Assembly: GCA_964016885.1 (NCBI GenBank)
Contig: OZ024762.1
Span: forward strand, 10,478,001-10,542,000
From: Eledone cirrhosa
Lineage: Eukaryota
Reading direction: 5' to 3'
DNA: 64,000 nt
The position numbers and the translations under genes are program-made. This document shows positions 34,857-48,512 of the stretch, piece by piece (within the stretch, counting starts at the first letter, position 1; each line of letters begins with the position of its first letter). Below the pieces are notes generated by a model, which ran no database searches, was not told the DNA's origin, and saw only the letters and a program-made list of their open reading frames with translations.

Positions 34857-35680
34857 CTATATTTAGGTTTAATCAATACATATATTGATGATTGGAATCA
34901 TGGTCTTAAGATTACCCAAATCGATACTAACTATTACAAATACAGATCTCTCTAAGGCTATGTTACCTACATATTAATTGTTCTGAAAAGATGCATCAGT
35001 CTTCTCCTCTATGGAGCAGAAACGTGGCCCCTCACAAAGACGATTGACAGCAGTGCCCTGAGGACCATCACAGCCTTAGTCTCGTTCAACGCAGTAGCAC
35101 CTGGTCGGCTCTACTCATGATGATGCCGGTCTAGTCTAACAAGAATAGATGTACAAAATACTCGAATATAAGGAAAATGTTATAAATAAGTATGCCTATT
35201 TGACTCTGTAGAATTGCGGTTTGTGCGTGGCGCTGCACGTAGCGTTTCTGGCTTCGCTGTCGTACTTAGGTATGGCATGACCACTCGATCGTGTCTGAAG
35301 TTCGAATCGTTGCGGGAGTCGGCCGGGTCCACAGCAGGCTGGCCTACTCTCCCCCACGCATGAGTTTTTGCCAAACAATTTGACGAGAGTTATCTCCCCT
35401 TAATTTGAATTATTTGCCCTTTGTTTACATTGAACTACTTCCGGTTTGTGGAACTCTTCTTACTTTGTTGTCATTTCTTTTCAGTGCATTGAAGTGGTAA
35501 CATTCTACTTACTTGGATTTTACGTTCGTGTAAAGAGGTATGTAAAGTTTTATTTGCCGTATATACACACACATTGTTGAGACACAAAAGTAAGTTGCCA
35601 TGTCTTTTAAAGAAACAAAACTAAATATATACACGCAGCTACCTCTTCTAACTAAACATACATGTTACCCTCCTCTATTA
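34857..35680 (+). repeat. Left arm of a large inverted repeat (right arm 42900-44203; diverged partial third copy 33765-34130)
   Basis: Blocks align as reverse complements, including a GC-rich core and a decayed RTE piece (LLYGAETWPLTK). Confidence 0.85.
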
Positions 35681-36994
35681 TGAAACAAAACTAACCATGA
35701 TCTGTATATATACACACCTCTTCTAACATGTTACAACTAAATCTTCTCTCGATACTATATACATACTTGTAAGGAAATATAACCAAGCTTCCTCTCTATA
35801 CACATTTTATCTTCTGTATATAAACCTTATACCTGAATACACACACAGATATTCTATATACAAGAAGACACTTTTTCACGTAAATACACAAACACTTCAG
35901 GCATATTTATGTATTTGCCGTAAATTTATTCTAAACCATGTAGAGGAAGAATCCTGGGGACATACGTACACATGAAGCTATATTCATATATAAACGGTCT
36001 CCCTTCTATCATAACAGATACTTATGAGGCGCAATATACAAACTTGTTCATACTGGAATAATAGACATGAAACTAAACCTTCTCTAGACATGAATATAGA
36101 AGCTAAACCATACAGTTATATTTTATATCTAACGAAGCATGGTAGCTCCATTACTCTGCCGTAAGACTCCTTACTACTACTTCTAGCATCCTCACCTACT
36201 TGATAGCTACATCATCCATATATAAACGTTCTTCACTAGATACAAAACTAAACCTTTATATATACACAACTAACCTATTTTATATTCCTAAGGAACAGCA
36301 CCAGACCTGGAGACTACTACAACCCTATCTCCAGAAAGAAAGGTAAATAAATTGTGAAATAAAAGAATAAACCAGTATTTTCCTTTGTTGCCTTATTATT
36401 TACTCCCTGTATATATACACACACACTAGACACCTCTTACACTGTAGGAAGACAAAAACCTTCTGTCACTGTATACTAGATTCATATTATATAAATTATT
36501 TCCTAGATACACACCTATTAGAAACAAGCCATCTCTATATACAGGTAAATAGCATCAATGTAGACATGTCTGTATATAAGAAACTGTATTCTATAGAATA
36601 TATCTAAACCCACATTGTGTGTGTCTCTTTAAATTATACACGTGTATGTAGAAAGCTGGAAGTGAACATCATACATATATAAGATAAGAGGTTTTGATCT
36701 GTACATACATATCAATACATCCTCGCTAGATACTACACATACGTCTCTTAGGAAACTACTACTATTGTTCTTTTAGTTGTGTATAAGCATCTCATAGTAG
36801 AACGTGTACATGCTTCCTAAGAAGCAAGAGAGCTAACTGTTCTCCTCTAGACAGGCATACTCACCATATATAAAGCATATCTTCATTGTAAATTTAGAAG
36901 TTACACTACACAGATATAAAGACAACAACCTACATACATATTAATACCCTTATATCTCTAGACTACTGTATTATATAAATATAGCTAAGGAATT

Positions 36995-38098
36995 AAAGAT
37001 GTATGTATGTGTATACATATGTATGTATATATACGTATGTATGTACACATACATACGTATATATACAGACATACGTATGTATGTATATATACATACGTGT
37101 GTATACATACGTATGTAGATATACATACGTATATATATATATATACGTATGTATGTATACATACATATATATGCATACGTATGTATGGATACATGCATAC
37201 ATATGTATGTATACATACATATGTATGCATGTATCCATACATACGTATGCATATATACATACGTATGTATGTATATATACATACGTATGTATAAATATAT
37301 ACATACATATGTATGTATACATACATATGTAGACATATACATACATTCGTATGTATGTATACATAGACGTATGTATATATAGATACATGCATATGTATAC
37401 ATACGTACGTATGTATATATACATACGTATGTATGTGTATATATGCATACGTATGTATATATACAGACATATGTATGTATATATACATATGTATGTATGT
37501 ATATATACATACATATATGTATGTATACATACGTATGTGTATGTATACATACGTATGTATGTATATATACATACGTATGTATATATATATATGTCTATAT
37601 ACATACGTATGTATGTATATATACATGTATGCATACATGTGTATGTATACATACATATGTATATATACATACACATGTATATATACATACGTATATATAT
37701 ACATACGTATGTATATACATACGTATATATATACATACGTAGGTATGTATATATACACGTCTGTATGTATGTATACATACATACGTATATGTACACATAC
37801 ATACATATGTATATATACATACATACGTATGTAGACATATACATACGTACGTATATATACATACGTACGTATGTATACATATATATATACATACGTATGT
37901 ATATATATATGTATGTATACATGTATGTATACATACGTATGTGTATATACATATGTATATATATATACATACATACGTATGTATGTATATATACATATGT
38001 ATGTATGTATATATATACATATGCATGTATATATATATACATATGTATGTATATACACATGTATGTATATACTTACTTGTATATATACATACGTATAT

Positions 38099-38130
<32 letters not shown>

Positions 38131-38165
38131 AGACATATGTATGTATATATATAAACATACATATA
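36995..38165. repeat. Compound (TA/TACA/TACG)n microsatellite
   Basis: Low-complexity sequence; source of the many Y/I/H/V/C/M/T ORFs. Confidence 0.97.
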
Positions 38166-39518
38166 GCTAAGGAGTTGAACTTTTTTCTCTAGATAGAGAT
38201 AAGTATGTGTATTCTATAGGATACTATTACCTTAAAACCACCTGTATATATACACTTACTTCTATAGAATCCATACATATTAACACCCTTCTATCTCTAG
38301 GCATATGTATACAGACAGAAAGAAAGAAATGGCCTCACTATAATACTGCATTATATACACTACTTTCATGAAAGATGTTTCAAACTGAATTCATACTTCT
38401 ATTCCTATATACATACTGGGAGAGATATAGAATACAAATTTATTCTATATACAGAAGGAAATAAACTTACGTATATATACACATTATAAATGTTTATAAT
38501 ATGAAACTTCTTTATTAATACCTCTATCCCTATATACTTACTGGTAAGTATGAGAGAGATATAGAATATCCACATAACCCTGTATATATAGATATTATAA
38601 CCTCTTACAGGAGATATAGAATACCTATATACACAGAAAGAAATAAACTTGCTAGGATTACTGTATTATATATATATATACATACAGTTTCCATTCTCAA
38701 AGAAACTTTTCTATAGCACCACACTTACTTCTTTCAGTAAGAAGGATGTTTCTTACTGGGATTCTATAGTGTACATACACATTAATTAATCTATTCTATA
38801 TATACACTTCTTTCAAGAAGGATGTTTCTCACTAATTACATAATAATTGAATTCTCTCGCATGTTAATACCTTTTTATCTCTAGGCATGTGTTTAACAAT
38901 CCACTAGTTATATATACACAGCTGTTAATTCCTATATATTTAATATGAATGGAAGTTAAACGATCTACATGTAAGATACTACCTGTGTATATATATAAGA
39001 AACAAAAATGTGAAATAAAGATCAATAAATAAACTACATTTTGTTGTTGGAGTTATTTTATTTCTTGAGACGACTGTGTGTATTTACACACCAAGTTGAG
39101 CTAGCGGAGATCTTCAACATACCTGGAAAGAAGCAGAGGGTATTAATAAAAACAATCCAGATTACACAGCTCTAACACCAATACTTTTCTAGAGGCAGAA
39201 ATTAAACCTCTTTATCATGAACAGTTTAGTTTCTTAGGAGAGTGGGTATAGGGATGTGAAATACAGTTTCTTATATGCCTCTAGATAAGGTATTACTGTA
39301 TATATGGGTTTTTTTAATTATAGAGAAGGATAGTAAATATAAGCCTTCTAGATGTTACAGAGGAGGCTCTACATACAAAAAGTAGATTCTTTGCTGTGTA
39401 CACACAATATCTAGTAGTAAGTTTCTATATATATATAGAAGTGTATTATATACACACATGTGTACAATATTTATATAACAAGGCAGTGTATTCTATAAAA
39501 AACTGTATGTATGGGGAG

Positions 39519-42510
39519 TTTTTTTCCTCTATTGAGAAGGATAGTGCTGTGCTCCCGCAAAGGGTGCTCTACGCCTTGGCCGACCAGGCCCGAAACCCAG
39601 GTTAATTAGACTGTCGTTTTCAAACTCAACTGAGGCACGTTCATACCTTGTAGCCTCTGATAAAGCTAGGCGTGAAAGTCGGATTGCTTTCCGAACACGC
39701 CCTGGTCTTCCACCTGATGTCCGCCCAAAGTTGCGTGCTGCAGCTTCCCTAAACCGCAGCTCGGTAGAACATGAAAGCTTCAGCCTACGAGATGTTGGGC
39801 AGATATGGAAGTTTGTTAAGGCTGGCGAATCATGGAAAAGAGACACCAGCTGGTCTGAAAACACGTTCGGTCAAATCTGTCGGCAATTCCTTGTGCTGAT
39901 TTGAACCAATCACAGCAGGAAGTTTTTTTCTGCGATATACGTATGACCATGTCAACACTGCTACTTGGAGTCGTTTACCGTCCCCCAAATTACCATCAGG
40001 ACACTCAACTTTGTGATATCCTCAGAGCTGCTGCCAGGAAGACAGCCACTTATGTTTTCATTGCAGGTGACTTCAATCAGCCTGAGATTGACTGGGAAAC
40101 CTTTCGTTGGCCGCCAAGTGCAAATGACTTCCTTGAGCTGGTGCTGGACTCGAGTTGGTCCCAGGTGGTCACCTCCCCAACGAGAGGTGACAACACTTTG
40201 GACCTACTCTTCACCACTACTCCTGAAACGGTCATTAGTGTTACTGCTGAGGAACCTTTAGGTGACTCTGATCATGCTATGATCATTGCCAATCTATCCC
40301 TCATGGGCAGTGACAAGAACCACAACCATCTCCAAACTGCTCACTTTGACTGGAATAAAGCAGACTGGAACTGTTACTGCACCGAGTTGCAACGGCCAAA
40401 CTGGCTTGAGTTCTACGACTCTGGAGATGTCAACACTGTACTCCAGAACATCCTGAGCTCAATATGGACAGCATGTGCAGCATCAGTGCCACGTAAGCGG
40501 AAAAAACATCCCAAAAGCGCAATTTGGGAGACTGCAGCAGTCTGTCTTGCCAGAAAAGAACGGCGCAATGCTGAACGTGAGTACAAACTTCACAAATCAG
40601 ACATTAATAGGAAGAGGCGAAATAGATCGTCCAACCACCTCAAACAGGTGACAAAAAAGGCAGTGCTTCAATTTGAGCAGCGCATAGCAACCAGCCCTGA
40701 CAGTAAGGTGTTCTGGAAGTATGTTCACTTAAAGCAGAGGCCTCACTCTCCAGTTGGTCCTCTTCGCAATCCCCACACAAGCCATGCGCAGAGCTCATTG
40801 CTGAATGCTATGCAGGCATTTTCACTATTGAAGACCAGAGTGTACCATCTCCACCACCTATGACACCGGACTCTATTACAACCATGGAATTTACACCTGC
40901 AATGCTGCAACGTCACCTAAAAAATAAACGCAGCCATGCCTCTCCTGGTCTTGATGGTGTTACGTACCTGCTTCTTAAACATGGTGGGCACTTCCTTCTA
41001 CACCAGTTATCACGCTTCTTCCAATTCTGTCTGAACAACGGTGCTACTCCAGAACAGTGGAAAACTGCCAGTGTCATTCCTCTGTTCAAAAATGGTGACC
41101 GCACATCACCTGTAAACTATCGTCCAGTCAGTCTTACTAGTTGCATCGCCAAACTGATGGAATCCTGTGTCAGAGAAACACTTTGGAACTTCTGGAGCTC
41201 TCACAGTCTTATCCGGCCCTCGCAATTTGGATTTATCCCCAACTCCAGCTGCTGTGATCAACTTATAGAGTTTCTTGAGGACATCACCTGGATCACTGAT
41301 GGCGGCTCATGGGTGGATGTTGTTTACCTTGACTTTGCGAAGGCCTTCAATTCTGTGCCACACAAAAGGCTTATGGCAAAACTCTTTGCAATGGGTGTGA
41401 AGGATGATCTTTTTAACTGGTTGAAGTCCTTCATTCTCAGTCGAAGAGAGGTAGTCGCGGTTCTGGGACAGCATTCCTCACCATATGAGATGTCATCTGG
41501 TGTACCACAGGGATCTGTTCTTGGCCCCCTCTTGTTTGTGGCATATATTAATGACATAGATGCCAACTTAAGGAATGCCACAGTACTAAAGTACACAGAC
41601 GACATCAAGCTGTACCTTGAGATAAAAAGGACAGATCCTGAACACTATAGATCTTGCTTGCAGTCTGACCTGGACACAATACAACAATGGATCTCAGACT
41701 GGCAACTCAAGCTAGCTGTGGACAAGTGCACCACCATGCATTTTGGGAGTAAAAACCCAGCGTCCACATACTCCCTCCACAGCACTAATATCAAGAAGTC
41801 TTCCTGTGAACGTGACCTGGGCATTACGGTCAGCAGCGATTTGCGTTGGACGAGGCACGTCTCTAAAGTTGTCAAGAGGGCCGAGGGTGTCTTAGCATCA
41901 CTCAGCAAGACCTTTGTCAGCCGCTCTCCAGATATCTATTTAAGGCTGTATACAGGCTATGGTGCGACCACACTTAGAATTTGCATCACCAGTCTGGAAC
42001 CCCTATCTTGCTCAGGACATTGACCGCCTGGAAACTGTTCAGAGACGTGCAACCAAGCGAATACCCTCCATCAGGCATCTACCATACTCTGAGCGCCTTG
42101 CTTCCCTGGGCATGGATTCATTGAAGCTCCGACGCCTGGCAACTGACTTGGTAAACCCCCACAAAATTGTTAACCATGTTGCCAACAACAACCCTGAGTA
42201 CCTTTTTGATTTCCATGTGTCTAACACACGTGGACATGCCCACAAAGTAAGAAAACAGCACAGTTCCCATGACTTTCGGAAACATTTTTTCACGCTCAGA
42301 GTTGCTGAAGCATGGAACAAACTACCTGCATCAGTTGTTAGCTGTCGAGACACTGCATCCTTTAAGGCCTCCAAGCTTCCCGAGATCTGCCAACACTACA
42401 GCTAACACATACACACATGTACTTCCCTGACATTTGTGTATTATTCTATGTACTATATTGACGAGTTGTAGTGCACCTGAGCACTTTACACAATAATTTC
42501 ATTATTATTA
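39519..42510 (+). mobile_element. CR1-clade LINE, frameshifted (ORF1 C-terminus, APE endonuclease, RT, (ATT)n tail)
   Basis: RLGRPGPKPRLIRLSF; VVYRPP, IAGDFN, TRGDNTLDLLF, SDH; YLDFAKAFNSVPH, GVPQGSVLGPLLF, YTDD; VRPHLEFASPVWNP; frameshifts near 40800 and 41955. Confidence 0.95.
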
Positions 42511-42899
42511 TAATGTCTTCTACATACAAAAAATAGATGCCTTGATAAAATATCCAGAGTTTTATGTAAGTATCCTCGGGAAAAGTAGTAGAGAAGAGTG
42601 TTTTAACTTTGCCTTGTGTGTATGTAGATGGTGCATATATACGATACTTCGAAGTAAGTGTGTTTATGTATAGAGAGAGGGTCTGTATTCTATATACTAC
42701 AGTTTCTTATATAGCTCCGGATACTGTGTATAATGAGGAGATATACCTTTCTTCTAAGTATATACAGAGAAGGTGTAATAGAGATACGATTATAATATAA
42801 ATATATAGTTGATATGATGTGCAAGAGAGAATGCTGAGTTGGAGTAAAGGTGGTGATGCCGAGGTAACTCGACGTAGAAATTACGATGGTATAAGGTAT

Positions 42900-44203
42900 A
42901 GAGAGGAAAGTAACATGTATGTTTAGTTAGAAGAGGTAGCTGCGTGTATATATTATTTGTTTTGTTTCTCGGAAGAAGGTTTAGTTCTGTGAAGAGTGTT
43001 TAGAATAAATTTAAAAGACATGGCAACTAAAACACTACAAGAATGTATTTATATTGAAGAATTAAATGTATGTATATTTCCAAGATAGTGAAATGTATTT
43101 TTGTGTCTCAATAATATTCGTGAATGTGAATAAAACTTTACAAACCTCTTTACACGAACGTAAAATCCAAACCGGTATCGTTAATAGTCCCAGAGTAAGT
43201 AGAATGATGTTACCGCTTCAATACACTGAAAAGAAATGACAACAAAGTAAGAAGAGTTCCACAAACCGGAAGTAGTTCAATGTAAACAAAGGGCAAATAA
43301 TTCAAATTAAGGGGAGATAACTCTCGTCAAATTGTTTGGCAAAATCTCATGCGAGGGGGAGAGCAGGCCAGCATAAAGCCAGCCTGCTGTGGTCCCGGCC
43401 GACCCCCGCAACGATTCGAACTTCAAACACATAGAATGGTCATGCCATACCGAAATACGACAGCGAAGCCAGAAGCGCCACGCACAAGTCGCAATTCTAC
43501 AGAGTCAAATAGGCATACTTATAGCTAACATTTTCTTTCTTTTTAAAAAAAAAAAAAGAAACGGAAAGAAAGCGAGATAACACGACATATTCCGAGTGTT
43601 ATCTCGTTTTCTTTCCGTTTCTCTTTCTATATAAATATAACGGGATATATAGCCATTAAGGAACTACTAGTATTTTGTACACATATAACGGGATATACAC
43701 GAATAGAAGCCAGGGAATATGTAGAAAGGTGTTGACTTATATAGGGAGTCAATAGTTTAACCGTTTTCGCCAACTACAAATTCTACGTAAATAAGATTCG
43801 GATTTTTACCCATTTCTCAGACATAAGATAGGGAGGAGGGTCACCTTATATTCGAGTATTTTGTACATCTATTCTTGTTAGACTAGACTGGCATCATCAT
43901 GGGTAGAGCCGACCAGGTGCTACTGCGTTGAACGAGAGTAAGGCTGTGGGCTGATGCGTCACTCTGTTGGAAACGTGGTGGTCCCATCTGATGTTTTAGA
44001 TGGTCCTCAGGGCTCTGCTATCGAAGCTGTCAATCGTCTTTGTGAGGTGCCACATGTCTACAATTAATATGTAGTTAAATATACTTCAAGATGGTAACAT
44101 AGCCTTAGACAGATCTATATATGTAATAGTTAGTGTCGATTTGAGTAATCTTAAGACCATGATTCCAATCATCAATATATGTATTGATGAAACCTAAATA
44201 TAG
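42900..44203 (-). repeat. Right arm of the large inverted repeat (with an insertion at 43535-43840)
   Basis: Reverse complement of 34857-35680; a small palindrome lies at 43555-43625. Confidence 0.85.
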
Positions 44204-45099
44204 TCTGTTCTAGGCTTCTCACCAGTTTCTTTGGAATTAAGTGTCTGAGAGTATAGGACGCTGAGTGTACTGGAGAAATGTGAAATGGCTTTAAAGACTT
44301 ACATACAGAACTTCCAAGCTGTGAGAGTTACATGTATGTATGTACCCGTAACTCCTGAGGGAGGCAACGCATTGACCTACAGTGTTTCTAGGGCTCTTTT
44401 AAAAACCTGGCAGAGCCCAGGTCTGAATACAGCAGATTTCTTCTAGAGAAGTATAGAGGAAGAATCAACCCCGAATGGATGAAAGGCAAAGTTGGCCTTG
44501 ATGGGATTTGAATTCAGACAGCTGAAATGAAGGCATTCTATCTGTTACATTTATATATACATACTTTCTTTGTCTAATAAACAAAACTAAATCTTCTCTA
44601 GACACACACATAAAGTTACATTTATATAAACGTTCTTCTGTACAAAAACAAGGGTCAACTGAAAAGCTCATCGGCTGATTATGAAGGAGTGAAATCTTGC
44701 ATGCATTAATTTCAACCCTCCTTACTAATAACTGCATTGTTTCTTTCCATTTGGTCAGTCAGCCCTCTTACATAGATACTTCTGATTCTCTTTTTTACTA
44801 AGAAACAGAATTAAACCTTCTCTACACAGGAAAATACTACTGCCATCTTCAAAGGAATGTAAATAAACATCCTTATCTAGCGACGAACATGTGAAATAAA
44901 CCAAACTTTTGCTTTTTCATTTCTTCTAAGAAACAAGACAGCTAACTCCAATAAGTGTGTATACAAAAAAAATGTCTACACACTTCAGGAAAAGAAAAAT
45001 TTGTATAAATATATATTTAGCACCCATCCACCATCTGAGTGAATCTCTTGGTCAGTGTCCAAGTCTCAGACCCGTACAGCAACACAGATGAATCTTCAA

Positions 45100-45370
45100 G
45101 TCTTTACGAAGGTCCGATCTCAAACAGTGACAGGCTTTGCTCCAATGCTGAGGATGGCTCTGAACATTAATCAGTATACACTGAGGATGAAGAGCTCTGA
45201 GCTGTACAGGAGCCTCTCGAAAGTAACACAGAGGAGATTGAGGTTAGCTGGACATGCTCACTGATATTCAGAGTTGATACTGCACTCAGTGGTCCTGTGG
45301 GAGCCCCTTCGCGGACAGAGGAAATTTTACCCACCCTAGATATATACATACAAAAGATGAATTTCCATGT
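45100..45370 (+). mobile_element. Old RTE-like fragment
   Basis: MLRMALNI...ELYRSLSKVTQRRLRLAGH. Confidence 0.55.
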
Positions 45371-45432
45371 TGAGATATCTTGATTCAAGAAATGTATTAT
45401 TGAATATATATTGAATAAATGTATTATTGAAT

Positions 45433-47975
45433 AAAGGTGGAGGAGCCAAATTAAGGCCAAAAAGCAGGCTTGGAAAGCATGGCGGGATGGGGGAAGTAGA
45501 GAAGACTATCAGGTAGCCAGGAGGGAAGCTAGGAGACAAGTGTACTTCGCAAGAAGGGAAGCAGAGGAAAGAAAGTTCAAGCATGTTCTACAACGTGAGG
45601 ACCAAAAACGTGAGGTGTTCAGGATTGCCAGGCAATGTGTCAAGGAAAACCGTGATATTGTCGGGGAGAAGTGTGTGCTTAACGATGATGGCATACTTGC
45701 CATCACCGACGCTGATAAGAAGGTAGCTTGGAAGTGTCACTACGAAAGGCTTCTAAATGAGGAGAACAAATGGGAGAAAGACAGTCTCCCCCACATCGAC
45801 CCAATAGAGGGACCAGCAGTGTTAGTCCAGGTTAGTACAATAAGCAAGGCAATCAAAGATATGAAGACGGGTAAGGCGGCTGGTCCTTCGGAAATAGTTG
45901 CTGAGATGCTGAAGGCATCTGGTTCGGTGGGACACACCATGGTCACCCGGATAGTTAACCAAGTCGTACAGAATGGGGTTGTTCCGAAGGACTGGCGTAG
46001 CAGCATCATCGTTAACTGCTATAAGGGAAAAGGAGATGCCCTAGATAGGAGTAACTATAGAGGCATTAAATTAATCGACCAGGTCATGAAGGTCACGGAA
46101 AAAGTAATAGCGCAACTAATCAGAGAGAGAATTGATCTAGATGAAATGCAGTTCGGATTTGTGTCGGGCAAAAGTACCACAGACGCTCTTTTCATTGTAC
46201 GACAACTACAGGAGAAGTACCTAGCTAAAAGTAAACCCCTATACTTAGCTTTCGTCGACTTGGAGAAAGCCTTCGACAGAGTCCCCCGTTCCATTATCTG
46301 GTGGTCTCTTAGAAAACTAGGTGTTGACGAATGGCTTGTGAGAGCTATACAAGCCATGTATAAAGAAACAGTCAGTAAGGTTAGAATTAACAACGAATAT
46401 AGTGAAGAGTTTAGCGTAAAAGTTGGTGTCCATCAGGGCTCTGTTCTTAGCCCCCTACTATTTATTATTGCCCTTCAGGCTATAACAGAGGAGTTCAAGA
46501 CCGGCTGCCCATGGGAACTCCTATACGCAGATGATCTAACGCTCATAGCTGAATCAATGACCGAACTAGAGAAGAAATTCCAAACATGGAAGCACGGCCT
46601 AGAATCAAAAGGCCTTAAAATTAACCTGGCTAAGACAAAAGTTCTAGTTTGTAGGAAAGAAAATATGGCGGCAGTCCCATCTGGGAAATGGCCATGCTCA
46701 GTGTGTAGGAAAGACGTAGGTAGAAACTCCATTTTATGTCCCAAATGCAAAGTATGGGTGCATAAAAGATGTAGTGGGATCACAGGTAAGCTAACTAAGA
46801 ACATAGATTTTACATGTGGCCGGTGCTCTGGTGCAATAAGTAGCAGCAAGTGCCCACAAATACTAGCTCCTTCAACTGCGCAGAGGGTTCTATAGAAATA
46901 GTGGACAGCTTCCGTTACCTGGGTGACAAAATCAGCAGTGGGGGAGGGTGCTCTGAAAGTACAGTAGCTAGAGTCAGAACTGGATGGAAAAAGTTCAGAG
47001 AGCTTATACCACTATTAGCCGCTAGAGGGTTCTCCCTAAAAATGAAAGGCAGGTTATACGATGCCTGCATACGAACAGCAATGCTGCATGGCAGTGAGAC
47101 CTGGGCATTGTGTGCAGAGGATATATGCAGACTAGAGAGGAACGAAGCTTGCATGCTCCGCTGGATGTGCAATAATAATATACGTGAACGGCAAAGCATA
47201 AACGAACTAAGGAAAAAATTAGAAATAAGAGGGATCAGATGTTGTTTACTCGAGAGAAGGCTACGTTGGTACGGTCACGTGATGCGCATGAAAGACGACA
47301 GCTGTATAACAAAGTGCAGGGCAATAAAGATAGACGGTAGCCACGGAGTAGGCAGACCCAGAAAAACATGGGACGAGCTGATAAATTCCGACCTCACACG
47401 CTTACACCTCTCCAAGACAATGTCACTGGACTGAGACCTTTGGCGGTACTCAGTAATAAAGAAGACCCGCCTTACCTAAATACAAAGTAAAAACCTACTA
47501 CAGTCAGTAGGCATCTCTATCAAAACACCCCCCCGTCCCACCACCTCCACACCGCCCCTTTCAATGTACAGTTATGTTGGTCCCACAACATCCAGGCTGA
47601 AACAAATGAGATCGTGTAGGTGTCACGACAAAAAAACACACAGTCCACGCTGTAAATGTGGCCGTGTAGGCAACACGGTAAAAACCTCCCAGCCCCACAC
47701 TGTAAATGTGGTTGGTGTTAGGAAGGGCATCCAGCTGTAGAAAACCCGCCAGACAGTCCACGCTGTAATGTGGCCGTGTAGGCAACACGGTAAAAACCTC
47801 CCAGCCCCACACTGTAAATGTGGTTGGTGTTAGGAAGGGCATCCAACTGTAGAAAACCCGCCAGACAGTCCTATGCAAGCAAGACAACCACTCTTGCCTC
47901 AAGTGGGAAAACCCCTGTCCAAACCCATGCAAGCGTGGAACACGGACGCTAAACCTGATGATGATGATGATGATG
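45433..47975 (+). mobile_element. 5'-truncated RTE LINE (RT with YADD and a Cys/His PHD-like finger), one frameshift
   Basis: NYRGIKL, FVDLEKAFD, GVHQGSVLSPLLF, YADD, WPCSVC...CPKCKVWVHKRCSG...CGRC; frameshift ~46850; premature TGA at 47432; (GAT)n tail. Confidence 0.96.
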
Positions 47976-48124
47976 TATCTTTTCCCGAAGTGTGAATACA
48001 TTTTATTGGCGGATTCTATATATATATATATACAAACAAAAGAGTAAACCTTTCAGCAACCAATATACCTTATGAAACATTTCAGCAAGTGACCTTGGAG
48101 TGAAAGGACTGGAGATCAGGAACT

Positions 48125-48136
48125 TATATATATATA

Positions 48137-48188
<52 letters not shown>

Positions 48189-48347
48189 TATATATATATA
48201 TATGTACATATATATATATATATATATATGTACATATATATATATATATATATGTACATATATATATATATATGTACATATATATATATATATATATATG
48301 TACATATATATATATATATATATGTACATATATATATATATATGTAC

Positions 48348-48380
<33 letters not shown>

Positions 48381-48478
48381 TGTACATATATATATATATG
48401 TACATATATATATATATATGTACATATATATATATGTACATATATATATATGTACATATATATATATATATATGTACA

Positions 48479-48512
<34 letters not shown>

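Noticed and set aside
36971-38170. Overlapping Y/I/H/V/C-rich ORFs (also at 4045-4553, 7022-7799, 19038-19938, 21788-22390, 26467-26807, 48003-48587)
   Set aside because: Microsatellite translations. Only the true exon portions inside 3845..4489, 21832..22515 and 48182..48712 were kept.
28650-48120. Exons 1-3 for the duplicated B' copy or a fourth full paralogue
   Set aside because: No matching signal exon or C-x7-C / C-x5-C exon with splice sites was found by eye; a tBLASTn should confirm.
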